A stretch of 64,000 nt of DNA, taken from assembly GCA_965247525.1 (NCBI GenBank), contig OZ252015.1, forward strand, positions 1,310,210 through 1,374,209, in the 5' to 3' direction. Numbering within the stretch: the stretch's first letter is position 1; the number at the start of each line of letters is the position of its first letter. The DNA comes from Hyphomicrobiales bacterium (GTDB lineage Bacteria; Pseudomonadota; Alphaproteobacteria; Rhizobiales; UBA4765). This document shows positions 10,829-20,255 of the stretch, piece by piece. Below the pieces are notes generated by a model. It was not told the DNA's origin and searched no databases. It was given only the letters and a program-made list of their open reading frames with translations. The translations under genes were made by a program, and so were the position numbers.

Positions 10829-10994
10829 TGTTAATCTTTATTAACGACGGCGCAGGCTGCGCCACGAATCAAGTGTCCATCAAACAGCAAAAGAGTTGAG
10901 AAAAATTCAAGAAAATTTCTTTGCGAATTCGCGACTAAATTTTAGTCGCACGTGATTGCCAAATCAGACCGACGCACTTCACAGTTTGCATGAC

Positions 10995-11510
10995 ATGACA
11001 AAACTACTCACTGAAATCCGCAGCGCCACGATCAATGATGCAAGATCCATCGCGCGTGTGCATGAAGAATCCTGGCGCGCTGCCTATGCGGGCCTTATTC
11101 CCGGCGTCCATCTTGAGCGGATGATCAACCGGCGGGGGCCCTTATGGTGGGCAAAACTTGCGCAGAAAAATCGCGGCGGGCTTCTTGTGCTCGACATGGG
11201 GTCTTTTATTGCCGGCTATGTCACGCTTGGCCGTGCGCGCGGATTGGCGAGCCTGAAAGCGGGCGGCGAGGTTTTTGAAATATACATCAAGCCCGAATGC
11301 CAGGGGCTTGGTCTTGGCACAAAATTGCTGCGCGCTGGCCTGCACAGGCTGGGGGACGCAGGCAAATATCCGGCGCTGGCCTGGTCGCTGGCCGACAATG
11401 AGGCCGCGCTGTCGTTCTACAAACGCCGCGGCGGTAAGCTTTTTGTGCAGGGCGAAGAAAAATTCGGCGAATTGAGCTTGCCGAAACTGGGTTTTCTCTT
11501 TCAAAACTAA
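10995..11510 (+). CDS. GNAT-family N-acetyltransferase
   Basis: Acetyl-CoA-binding-type QGLGLGTKLL motif and a size typical of GNAT. First ATG at 10995 (track start 10956 is TTG). Confidence 0.75.
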   Translation: MTKLLTEIRSATINDARSIARVHEESWRAAYAGLIPGVHLERMINRRGPLWWAKLAQKNRGGLLVLDMGSFIAGYVTLGRARGLASLKAGGEVFEIYIKPECQGLGLGTKLLRAGLHRLGDAGKYPALAWSLADNEAALSFYKRRGGKLFVQGEEKFGELSLPKLGFLFQN

Positions 11511-11513
11511 AGC

Positions 11514-12347
11514 ATGACTGCTTTTCATGACGCCCTTCGCCAAGGCTCGGGTGGTGCGACGTCCCCCCGCGTTCAACTGATGGGAATTCTCAACGTCACA
11601 CCGGATTCATTTTCCGATGGCGGCGCATTTTTAAATGCGCAATACGCTTTAAGCCATGCCGCAGACATGGTGCGTGGCGGCGCCGACATTATTGATATCG
11701 GCGCTGAATCGTCGCGCCCCGGCTTTACCCCCATAAGCGCCGAAGAGGAGATGGTGCGGCTTGCCCCCGTTATTAAACCTGTGGCCGCTCTCGGGCGCGC
11801 GGTGTCCATCGACACGACGAAAGCAAAGGTCGCCGCTTACGCGCTAGATCAGGGTGCATCGCTTCTCAACGACATCTGGGGTCTTCAGGGCGACCCAGAA
11901 ATGGCGCAGCTGGCGGCGGCGCAGAATGTAAAAATTGTTGTCATGCACAACAGGCACAGCATTGACGAGCGCATTGATATTGTCGCTGACATCAATGCGT
12001 TTTTTAAAACAAGTTTTGAGATTGCACAGGCTGCCGGCCTGGCGCATGAAAATATTATTCTTGATCCCGGTATCGGCTTTGGCAAAAGCTTTGAGCAAAA
12101 TCTGATTGTGCTCAATCGCATTTCAGATTTTTTACATTTTAAAGCGCCGCTGCTTGTCGGTGCATCGCGCAAATCCTTTATCGGAAAAATTGATGGCAGC
12201 AGTGTCGATGGCAGGCTGGCCGGCACGCTGGCGGCGCATCTTCATGCCGTATCTGCGGGTGCGTCTTTGCTGCGTGTGCATGATATTGCTGACATGCGTC
12301 AGGCCTTGCAGGTCAGTACGGCCATATCGGATGCAGGCCAACATTGA
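11514..12347 (+). CDS. folP: dihydropteroate synthase
   Basis: MGILNVTPDSFSDGG, DIIDIGAESSRPG, SIDT, LLNDIWG. Confidence 0.92.
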   Translation: MTAFHDALRQGSGGATSPRVQLMGILNVTPDSFSDGGAFLNAQYALSHAADMVRGGADIIDIGAESSRPGFTPISAEEEMVRLAPVIKPVAALGRAVSIDTTKAKVAAYALDQGASLLNDIWGLQGDPEMAQLAAAQNVKIVVMHNRHSIDERIDIVADINAFFKTSFEIAQAAGLAHENIILDPGIGFGKSFEQNLIVLNRISDFLHFKAPLLVGASRKSFIGKIDGSSVDGRLAGTLAAHLHAVSAGASLLRVHDIADMRQALQVSTAISDAGQH

Positions 12348-12844
12348 GCAAGGTGACCGCCTATCTGGCGCTCGGCGGCAATGAGGGCGATGTGGTGGCC
12401 TCATTCACCCTTGCGGTAAAAGCGCTCAACGCAGTGGAGGGCACAGCCGTCATAAATGCGTCTTCGCTCTATGTCACGCCGCCTTGGGGGCTGACATCGC
12501 AGGCCGATTTTCACAATGCCTGTCTGTGTCTCAACACGGATTTGCCGCCAGAGGTCTTGCTGCACACATGTCTGGAGCTTGAAAAAAATGCAGGGCGCGA
12601 CCGCGCACGCTCATTGCGCTGGGGGCCACGCCCGCTGGATCTCGACATTCTTGTCTATGGCGATGTGCAGATGAAGACGGACACGCTGACACTGCCGCAT
12701 CCGCATATTCTGGCGCGGCCTTTTGTGCTGCTGCCACTCGCCGAAATTGCGCCCACTTTGAAAATCCACGGGCAGTCCATTGCTGATGCCGCGCGTGACT
12801 GCGATGCCACTGGAATTGTAAAACTTTCGACAGCCTGGTTTTAA
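12344..12844 (+). CDS. folK: 2-amino-4-hydroxy-6-hydroxymethyldihydropteridine pyrophosphokinase
   Basis: [19 protein letters not shown] and [12 protein letters not shown] motifs. TTG at 12344 overlaps the folP stop. GTG at 12353 is an alternative start. Confidence 0.88.
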   Translation: MSKVTAYLALGGNEGDVVASFTLAVKALNAVEGTAVINASSLYVTPPWGLTSQADFHNACLCLNTDLPPEVLLHTCLELEKNAGRDRARSLRWGPRPLDLDILVYGDVQMKTDTLTLPHPHILARPFVLLPLAEIAPTLKIHGQSIADAARDCDATGIVKLSTAWF

Positions 12845-13722
12845 AAAACCGGCGCTTTAAAGCCTGCGCGCCGCGCTGCAGCGGTGAGCGTGTTTGCCAA
12901 CAGGCAGGCGACCGTCATCGGCCCGACCCCGCCGGGCACTGGCGTGATCGCGCCCGCGCGCACTATGGCGGCGGCAAAATCGACATCGCCGCACAGGCAG
13001 GCTTTGCCATCGCGCAGGACGCGGTTGATGCCGACATCAATGACGCTCGCGCCCTGCTTGATCCAGTTGCCTTGCACGAAATTCGGACGGCCAATGGCAG
13101 CAATCAGAATATCGGCGCTGCGTGCCAGCGTGTCGAGATCGCGCGTTTTGGAATGGGCAATGGTCACGGTCGCGTTTTCGGCCAGCAGCAATTGGGTAAT
13201 TGGTTTGCCGACAAGATTGGAGCGGCCGATGACGAGTGCGTTCATCCCATCGAGTTTTTCATGCACGGTTTTCAGGAGCATCATACTGCCAAGCGGCGTG
13301 CAGGGCACAAGCCCCGGAAGCCCCGACGAGAGCCGCCCTGCGTTTTCAGGGTGAAGGCCATCAACATCCTTGTCGGGGCGGATGTTCAGCAGCACTGCCG
13401 CTGAATCGAGATGGCGCGGCAAAGGCAGCTGCACCAGAATGCCGTCAACCGTTTCATCGTCATTGAGGTGTTGCAGCAAAGCGTGCAGTTCGGACTGGCT
13501 GATATCCGCCGGCAATTGATGGTGAAACGACACCATGCCGGCCTCAATCGTCTGTTTCAGCTTTGAGCCGACATAGACCTGGCTTGCAGGGTCTTCGCCG
13601 ACAAGCACCACCGCAAGACCGGCTTTGCGCGATTTTTGCTGCTCAAATTGCGCGGCAGCTGTCTGAACATCGCGGCGAAGATCTGCCGCACAGGCTTTTC
13701 CGTCGATAATCTGACCGTTCAC
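12841..13722 (-). CDS. folD: bifunctional methylenetetrahydrofolate dehydrogenase/cyclohydrolase
   Basis: [40 protein letters not shown] start. Confidence 0.93.
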   Translation of the reverse strand: MNGQIIDGKACAADLRRDVQTAAAQFEQQKSRKAGLAVVLVGEDPASQVYVGSKLKQTIEAGMVSFHHQLPADISQSELHALLQHLNDDETVDGILVQLPLPRHLDSAAVLLNIRPDKDVDGLHPENAGRLSSGLPGLVPCTPLGSMMLLKTVHEKLDGMNALVIGRSNLVGKPITQLLLAENATVTIAHSKTRDLDTLARSADILIAAIGRPNFVQGNWIKQGASVIDVGINRVLRDGKACLCGDVDFAAAIVRAGAITPVPGGVGPMTVACLLANTLTAAARRAGFKAPVF

Positions 13723-13732
13723 GGCGTCCGGC

Positions 13733-14026
13733 TCAAGGCATGACCGGCATGCCGTAAAGCTCGCGCACCAGATCGCGCAGGAACATCAGCAGCAGAATGA
13801 GGATGACAGGCGAAATGTCGACGCCGCCAAGGTTCGGGACAATGGCGCGAATGGGGCGCAGCAGAGGTTCAGTGATCCGCCCCAACGTATCGAGGGCGGA
13901 CAGGACAAAACGGTTGTTTGTATTGATGATGTTGAAAGCGGTCAGCCAACTCATCACGGCCCAGATGATAATAACCCAGGTCAAAAGATCGATAATCGTG
14001 ACGATGAGATTGAGAAGTGAGAACAT
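13733..14026 (-). CDS. YggT-family membrane protein
   Basis: 97 aa with hydrophobic helices at both ends. YGGT-like layout. Confidence 0.7.
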   Translation of the reverse strand: MFSLLNLIVTIIDLLTWVIIIWAVMSWLTAFNIINTNNRFVLSALDTLGRITEPLLRPIRAIVPNLGGVDISPVILILLLMFLRDLVRELYGMPVMP

Positions 14027-14096
14027 GGCGGCCTCTTTAAAAGTGTTTTTTCATTTATAACAGTGGCGGCCATGTCGGCAATGGCCTCGCACGGGC

Positions 14097-15752
14097 TTAA
14101 CCGGTTTTTGCAACATCCCAGAGCACCGGCTGCACGCGGGCATTGAGACCAATACTCTCAAAGAAACGAAGCCACTGATATTGATGGGGTTGCAGCTGGT
14201 CATTGGGCGATTTCACCTCGACAAAGCAATAAGCGTCATCGCGCCATAAAAACAGGTCGGGAAAACCAGTGGTGCGGTGCTTCAAGTCTTTGGCCATATG
14301 CGCCAGTATTTGCGCGTGTAGGGCAAGCGGCACTTTGTCGATCAGCACCTGAACAAGCGTCAGCAACGCGGCATGCCAGCCAACAAACGGATTGTGAATG
14401 CCGTGTTTGCGATGATGGAAGCTTGTCACCAGATCAAGAACCGCCTGTTTGTCGTCAAAAAGTGCAAGGCGCTGGCTGAACAGCGTTTTGCGCGTGTTGT
14501 AAAACTGCGGCGTGGTGAGGTCACTAGGCGCGAATTGCAACGGATGGTGAAAATGTGCAAGCGAAGGGTCGTAGATGATGTCCCAGAATGAAAGGCCGAA
14601 CATGGCGTTCCAGAGCATGTTTTCGCTGTGTACGCCCTGCCAGCCCAGTGCCTGATAATAGTCAAGAACGCAGGTTTCTACATGCCCGTCGCTCCGCGCA
14701 ATGATGAGGGGCGCCGCGTCTTTCAGCAGGCGGCGCGCGGCTGAACTGCGTTCCTTTCCGCTCAGGCGATTGTAAAATTGCTGGAGCGCATAGGCCTCCG
14801 CATCGTTGGCGGGCGCCTCAAGGCATGACAGGCAAAAGGCCAGTGCCTCCTGCTTGCGGTTCAGTTTGGCAAGAAGACGTGCGCGCCGCTCGCGCGCAGG
14901 CGGGGCAGGGCTTTGCGAGTAGATATAAAGCGCAAATTCAAACTCGCCGCGGCGTTCCAGCCATGCCCCGAGGCGCTTTACAATTCCATCAAAGAGACTA
15001 ACGGCTTTGTGTCCAAGCGCGCCACGGGCGGGTTTGACATCTTCCCACCATGCCATCATCTCTGGCGCGGCATATGTGTCACGCTTCTGGCGAAAGGCCT
15101 GCAGCTGTGTGGACAACACATAGCAGGAGAGAGCGTCTTCGCGATTTATGAACGCTGCGGTCAGGTGGACAGTGGAAATGTCTTCATTGACGATATGGCC
15201 AAGCTCGCGCACGACAAAGCCAGACAGATTTTCAACGTGCTCGCCAAAAAACAGAAAGCGCAGAAAAGCCAGTGTTTCTGTTTCAATGCCAATCAGCGGC
15301 ATGGTGTCGAGAAGCACACGCAGGGCGGCAAGTGTTTGTGCGCTGTCTTCGATAAAGCCAAGAATATCGGCGCGGCGGGACAGGTTTTTTGGCAGGCTGT
15401 CGCCAAGGCAGGTTTCAAGACAGGTTTTGAGCTCAACATATGTGAAACAGGCGAAAATCTGCGCAGGCGTGCTGTTATCGCCGCAGCGGGTTGCAAGCCC
15501 TGTCTCCATCAATTCATCGAGCGCCGCTTTTAAATCAGCAATCTCATCATAACAAATTTTATCAATGCGAAACAGCGGGCCTTTGCGGTGCGCAAGCCGC
15601 ACGTAAAGGCAGAGCGCACTGTGCGAAAGTGCGCGCAGGCAGGCGATAAAAGAAAGCTCCTTTTCACATAGCAGAAAAGGCGAGCGCTGCTCGAGGCTGT
15701 CGATCACCTGCCATAAATGACTAATGTAATAGGGTTGTGTCTGTTCGGGCAT
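14097..15752 (-). CDS. FAN1-like VRR-NUC domain nuclease
   Basis: C-terminal PD-(D/E)xK VRR-NUC motif GFPDLFLW...CFVEVKSPNDQLQPHQYQW. The helical N-terminal two thirds and ~550 aa length match bacterial FAN1 homologues. Confidence 0.8.
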   Translation of the reverse strand: MPEQTQPYYISHLWQVIDSLEQRSPFLLCEKELSFIACLRALSHSALCLYVRLAHRKGPLFRIDKICYDEIADLKAALDELMETGLATRCGDNSTPAQIFACFTYVELKTCLETCLGDSLPKNLSRRADILGFIEDSAQTLAALRVLLDTMPLIGIETETLAFLRFLFFGEHVENLSGFVVRELGHIVNEDISTVHLTAAFINREDALSCYVLSTQLQAFRQKRDTYAAPEMMAWWEDVKPARGALGHKAVSLFDGIVKRLGAWLERRGEFEFALYIYSQSPAPPARERRARLLAKLNRKQEALAFCLSCLEAPANDAEAYALQQFYNRLSGKERSSAARRLLKDAAPLIIARSDGHVETCVLDYYQALGWQGVHSENMLWNAMFGLSFWDIIYDPSLAHFHHPLQFAPSDLTTPQFYNTRKTLFSQRLALFDDKQAVLDLVTSFHHRKHGIHNPFVGWHAALLTLVQVLIDKVPLALHAQILAHMAKDLKHRTTGFPDLFLWRDDAYCFVEVKSPNDQLQPHQYQWLRFFESIGLNARVQPVLWDVAKTG

Positions 15753-15770
15753 TGGTGTGAAAGGCCAGCC

Positions 15771-17318
15771 TCAGGCCGCGTTGTTTTGCAGGCCCAAATA
15801 AGGCGCTTTGAAATGCAGCGTGACGCCGGAGGGCAAAAAGTCCAGTCTGGCCTCGCCGCCAAAGCTGACCGCCAATGTGCGCTCGATCATGCGCGAGCCA
15901 AACCCGCGGCGTGAGGGGGCGCGTACTTCCGGTCCGTCTTTTTCGGCCCATGTCAGATGAAACATGTCGTCCTTTTTTTCCCAGGAAATGGTCACCCCGC
16001 CCCTGTCGTTTGAGAGGGCCCCATATTTCATGGCATTCGTCGCCATTTCATGAAGGATCAGCGAGAACAGCACGGCCGACTTGGAGCTGAGCGGCAGATC
16101 ATCGCCGGAAATATGGATACGCTCTCCTTCACTGCCAAATAGTTTGCTGACATCGCCAATGACGCCGTGCAGCGGTGCGCCTGTGTGGTTGTAGAGATTT
16201 AAAAGATCGTGCGAGGCCGCAAGCGCGCCAATGCGCTGCTCGAGCACGGTCTGTGCCTGTTCCAGCGTTTGCGCCGTGCGCAGGGTCTGTCCGGCGATGC
16301 TCATGACAACGGCCAATGTGTTTTTCATCCTGTGCTTGAGCTCATGGATGAGGAGCTGTTTCTCGGCATCGGCCTTTACGCGCTCTAACGCCGCGTGAAT
16401 GCGGTCCGCCACATTTTTGAGAAAATCAATTTTATCAAGCGACCAGTTATGGGGCTTATCGTCATGGAGAAACAAAAGAGCGACAAGCTTTCCGTTCTCG
16501 CGCAAAGGCACGTTCAACAAAGCCTTCACGGCGATTTTGTCAAAGCTGTCCAACTTTGTTTTCGTGCGCGGATCTTGTGTAATGTCAGCAATGTGAATCG
16601 TGACGCCTTTTTTCATGTCTTGATAAAAAGAGCCATATTCGCGCATGTCATGGCGCCTTGAGATTGTGCCGACGCCTTCATCGCGCCGCCAGTCTTGGTG
16701 CACATCGACATAAGTCTCACTTGCATCAAAAGCGGCATAACCTGCGCGCGACACTCCAAAAAGCCGCCCGACAATCTCCATGGCGCAATAGGCAATATCG
16801 GTTGCCTCGGTCATGTCGCGCAAACGGTCGCCGATTTCCAGCAAGGCCGTTTGTCTTTGCTCCGCCTGTTTGCTTTCGGTGACATCAATTGTTACGCCGG
16901 GGAAACGGATGGCCTGCCCGTCCTCAAACTCAACAGCACCGCGCGCCAGAACATGCCGCGTTGATCCATCAGGCTGAACCACGCGATACACATGATCGAA
17001 CGGCGTGCCGTCTTTCAGTGCCGCATCAATTGCCTTTTCGGTTCCGCCAAGATCGTCAGGATGAATGCCATTTAAAAAAGACGAAATGGCAACGCCTTCT
17101 GCGGCCGCAACCGGATCGACGCCGTAAAGCGTTGCAAAGCGCTCATTGGTATAGACCCTGTCGTTAAGAATGTCCCAGTCCCAGGTTCCAACCATGCCTG
17201 TCAGGTCCAAAGCGATACGCAAGCGCTCCTTGCTGCGCGCAAGTTCAGCGCTGATTTTGCGCACATCCTCGGCAAGAGGCGGCGGCAAATCGTCTGTGGC
17301 TGTTGTTGGGGTGATCAT
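15771..17318 (-). CDS. cytoplasmic PAS-GAF-HWE sensor histidine kinase
   Basis: PAS (GTWDWDILNDRVYTNERF), GAF-like middle region, H-box ELKHRMKNTLAVV, HEMATNAMKYG, and W..E motifs SWEKKD/TWAEKDGP. No TM segment. Confidence 0.85.
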   Translation of the reverse strand: MITPTTATDDLPPPLAEDVRKISAELARSKERLRIALDLTGMVGTWDWDILNDRVYTNERFATLYGVDPVAAAEGVAISSFLNGIHPDDLGGTEKAIDAALKDGTPFDHVYRVVQPDGSTRHVLARGAVEFEDGQAIRFPGVTIDVTESKQAEQRQTALLEIGDRLRDMTEATDIAYCAMEIVGRLFGVSRAGYAAFDASETYVDVHQDWRRDEGVGTISRRHDMREYGSFYQDMKKGVTIHIADITQDPRTKTKLDSFDKIAVKALLNVPLRENGKLVALLFLHDDKPHNWSLDKIDFLKNVADRIHAALERVKADAEKQLLIHELKHRMKNTLAVVMSIAGQTLRTAQTLEQAQTVLEQRIGALAASHDLLNLYNHTGAPLHGVIGDVSKLFGSEGERIHISGDDLPLSSKSAVLFSLILHEMATNAMKYGALSNDRGGVTISWEKKDDMFHLTWAEKDGPEVRAPSRRGFGSRMIERTLAVSFGGEARLDFLPSGVTLHFKAPYLGLQNNAA

Positions 17319-17393
17319 AGCGGGCTAGTCTTCCGTAACGATTCACCAATTCTACTATGCCCGTCACATAAAGCCAATACGAAAGGGCACGCC

Positions 17394-18083
17394 ATGCCTC
17401 ACAGACGCGATATTTTGAAGCTTTCGGGCGCCGCACTTCTGCTTGCCGCGTCAGGCCCGCTGCGTGCGGCGCAACCCGCAACTACGCTGGAGCCGCCAAA
17501 ACTGCCATTTGCCGAAAACGCGCTCGAGCCGGTGATTTCGGCGCGCACGGTCGGGCTTCATTACGGCAAGCATCACAAGGGCTATTTTGAAAAGTTGAAC
17601 AAGCTGATTGCGGGCAAGCCTTATCAGGGCATGATTTTAGAAAAAATCGTGGTGACGGCACATGAGAAAAAAGACGAAGACATTTTCAACAATGCGGCGC
17701 AGGCCTACAATCACAACATCTATTGGGCGCAGTTCGAAGGCGGAACGACTGCCCCAACAGAGGCCTTTTTAACGCTGATCAAGCGCGATTTTCAAAGCCT
17801 CGATGGTTTGAAAGACAAAATCGTTGCGGCGTCTGAAAAGGTTTTTGGCACGGGCTGGGTGTGGCTGACACGCATTGACGGCAAGCTGGCCGTTGTCGCC
17901 TATCAGGACGCCGGAAACCCTCTCCCCGATGGCGGAAAGCCGCTTCTGGGTATCGATGTCTGGGAGCATGCCTATTATCTCGACTATGAGAACCGGCGCA
18001 CCGAACATGTCAAAGCCGTGCTCGACAAGCTGGTCAACTGGGCGTTTGTTTCAAAACAATGGGCGCTGCAGGAGGAGGGGTGA
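17394..18083 (+). CDS. Fe/Mn-family superoxide dismutase with twin-arginine (Tat) signal peptide
   Basis: N-terminus MPHRRDILKLSGAALLLAASGPLRAA (RRxhLK plus AxA). SOD motifs HYGKHHKGY and DVWEHAYYLDYENRR. Confidence 0.88.
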   Translation: MPHRRDILKLSGAALLLAASGPLRAAQPATTLEPPKLPFAENALEPVISARTVGLHYGKHHKGYFEKLNKLIAGKPYQGMILEKIVVTAHEKKDEDIFNNAAQAYNHNIYWAQFEGGTTAPTEAFLTLIKRDFQSLDGLKDKIVAASEKVFGTGWVWLTRIDGKLAVVAYQDAGNPLPDGGKPLLGIDVWEHAYYLDYENRRTEHVKAVLDKLVNWAFVSKQWALQEEG

Positions 18084-18096
18084 GCCACGTCTTTTG

Positions 18097-18121
18097 CAAA
18101 TTGATCCTTTGGATCAATTTG
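18097..18121. repeat. palindromic repeat family B copy 1 (CAAATTGATCC-ttt-GGATCAATTTG)
   Basis: Perfect 11-bp inverted repeat 14 nt after the SOD stop. A near-identical copy lies at 40981-41005. Confidence 0.8.
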
Positions 18122-18232
18122 AGGGGCCAACCACGGAAGCGCCCGAGCGATCCGCCCGAAGGCGCAGCCGAATGGCGCCTTCAAATCGAATGGCGCAATC
18201 GTGCCTGAGCATTTGCGAATGGCCGCCTCAAT
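18122..18232. repeat. copy of intergenic repeat family A
   Basis: gcccgagcg ... cccgaaggcgcagccgaatggcgcc ... gaatggcgcaatcgtgcctgagcatttgcgaatggcc. Confidence 0.7.
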
Positions 18233-18352
18233 AAAAACGAATGGCATGTTCTAAGCCTTTGCAACAAAAAGCCTTTAACGCTTTGCATTGACAAGCAAAA
18301 GCGCGGCGTGCATTGCAATATGATTGATTTACACTGACGAAAGCGAGCGTTC

Positions 18353-18631
18353 ATGTCCACCATCGACAAAGTGGCCGACATCATAGCCGACACCTGTTCC
18401 CTGTCCCGCGATGACATCAAGCCTGAAAGCCATGTCATCAATGATCTTGGCATCGACAGCCTCGACTTTCTTGACGTGACTTACGGCATCGACAAGGAAT
18501 TTGGCATCAAGCTGCCGGTCGAGCAGTGGACGCAGGACGTCAATGACGGCAAGGCCACGACCGAGCAATATTTTGTTTTGAAAAATCTTTCCGCGGAAAT
18601 CGACAGGCTGGTCGCCGCTAAAGCGGCGTAA
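18353..18631 (+). CDS. acpXL: specialised acyl carrier protein of the VLCFA lipid A cluster
   Basis: [12 protein letters not shown] phosphopantetheine-Ser motif. First gene of the acpXL-type cluster. Confidence 0.88.
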   Translation: MSTIDKVADIIADTCSLSRDDIKPESHVINDLGIDSLDFLDVTYGIDKEFGIKLPVEQWTQDVNDGKATTEQYFVLKNLSAEIDRLVAAKAA

Positions 18632-18648
18632 GGCCGCCTTTTAAAGCC

Positions 18649-19104
18649 ATGCAGCTTGAATATTTTCGCATGATCGACGAGGTCGCACATCTCGAAGACG
18701 GGCATGAAAAAATCTTATGCCGCTCAACCGTCCCGCAGCACAGCCCGATTTTTGAAGGCCATTTTCCCGGCCATGCTTTAATGCCCGGCGTTCTGCTGAT
18801 TGAAACAATGGCGCAGGCCTCGGGCTATCTTATTCTCAAGCGCAACGGTTTTTCGCAGATGGCGTTTTTCATTGCCGCTGACAAAGTGAAACTGCGGCAA
18901 TTTGTTGTACCGGGCGAATGTCTCGATATCAGCGCGACGTTGCAGCATGAGGGTTCGGGTTATGCCGTAACCACAGCACACATTCTGCGGCAGGGCGTTA
19001 AAATTTGCGATGCGGAGCTTAAATTCCGGCTGATGGATTTTCCAAACGCAGAGTTGAAAAACACCATGCAGCAGCAGGCGCAGCGCATTGGCCTGCCGGA
19101 ATGA
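18649..19104 (+). CDS. 3-hydroxyacyl-ACP dehydratase (FabZ-like, FabZXL)
   Basis: Hot-dog dehydratase motif HFPGHALMPGVLLIETMAQ. Confidence 0.85.
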   Translation: MQLEYFRMIDEVAHLEDGHEKILCRSTVPQHSPIFEGHFPGHALMPGVLLIETMAQASGYLILKRNGFSQMAFFIAADKVKLRQFVVPGECLDISATLQHEGSGYAVTTAHILRQGVKICDAELKFRLMDFPNAELKNTMQQQAQRIGLPE

Positions 19105-20255
19105 CGCAAAAGGTCGTCATCACGGGGCTTGGGCTGGTGTCATCGCTTGGCGAAGGGCACGCGCCGCATCTTGCGCTTGCCGATCACGTTCCAGAGCCTG
19201 AAATGCGCGATTTTGCCGGCACTTTCGTTCATCCCGCACCGCCGATCAATTTCGATACGCAAATTCCCAAAAAAGGCGATCAGCGCCAGATGGAGATGTG
19301 GCAGCGGCTCGGCGTTCATACGGCTGGACTTGCACTCGATGATGCCAATCTCAAATCGGACGCTGCGCTTCTTGAAAAAACCCACATGATTGTCGCGGCT
19401 GGCGGCGGCGAGCGCGACGAAACCACTGATGAAAACCTGCTGAACGGTATCGGGCAGACAAACGACATCGGCGCGTTTATCAATGCCTCGCTTAGCACCA
19501 ATTTGCGCCCAACCCTGTTTCTGGCGCAGCTGACAAATCTGTTGGCCGGTAACATTTCGATTGTGCACAATGTCACAGGCTCATCGCGCTCTTTCATGGG
19601 CGAAGAAATGGCGGGCATGGATGCGCTGCGCACCATGAACGAACGTATTCGCCACGGACAGGCGGAAATCGGACTGGTGGGCGCTGCCTACAATGCCGAG
19701 CGCAAAGACATGCTTTTGAATTATGCTTTTGCGGATCTGCTGACAAAAACCCGCGCACCTGTCGGCGCGCGCGGCGATGAAAGCGGTATTGCATTTGGTT
19801 CGATGTCCGCATTTTTTGTGCTCGAAGCCGAAACACATGCCAAACAACGCGGCGCAAGAATTCATGCCGAATTGGGTGATGTGCTGACGACGCGAAGCGC
19901 ACGCGAGCCGGGTGACATTCAAAAAAGCCTTGCAAGCCTTAACGCACCGCAAGACGCGGCGCATGTGCTGAGCGGTGCGTGCGGGCGGCCCGACATTACA
20001 ACAGACGAGTTTGAGTTCTGGGCGAAAAAAAATGCAACCGTTCGCGCCATCGCGGCACTGATCGGGCATGGGCCGGAAGTGCAGGGGCTGTTTGCAACCG
20101 CGCTGGCGGCTTTGTTTTTAGGCGCGGACAGATTTCCAAAAGCCTTTTCTGCGTCTGAGAAATCTTCAGTTACAGCGCCGTCGACCATCATCGCGTCGTG
20201 CTGCGGCATATGGCGCGGCGAAGCATTGGCTTTTGTTCACAAGGCGGCAGCATGA
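19101..20255 (+). CDS. beta-ketoacyl-ACP synthase-like protein lacking the catalytic Cys (chain-length-factor-like)
   Basis: KS fold (VVITGLGLVSSLG). The active-site position reads GSSRSFMGEEMAGMDAL instead of TACASG. The first catalytic His motif is absent. ATGA overlaps on both sides. Confidence 0.8.
   Translation: MTQKVVITGLGLVSSLGEGHAPHLALADHVPEPEMRDFAGTFVHPAPPINFDTQIPKKGDQRQMEMWQRLGVHTAGLALDDANLKSDAALLEKTHMIVAAGGGERDETTDENLLNGIGQTNDIGAFINASLSTNLRPTLFLAQLTNLLAGNISIVHNVTGSSRSFMGEEMAGMDALRTMNERIRHGQAEIGLVGAAYNAERKDMLLNYAFADLLTKTRAPVGARGDESGIAFGSMSAFFVLEAETHAKQRGARIHAELGDVLTTRSAREPGDIQKSLASLNAPQDAAHVLSGACGRPDITTDEFEFWAKKNATVRAIAALIGHGPEVQGLFATALAALFLGADRFPKAFSASEKSSVTAPSTIIASCCGIWRGEALAFVHKAAA

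Noticed and set aside
17335-17360. GTAACG hexamer upstream of the Tat-SOD gene, as a SigF-type promoter
   Set aside because: There is no CGAA-like -10 element at 16-17 nt spacing; the sequence there reads ATGC.
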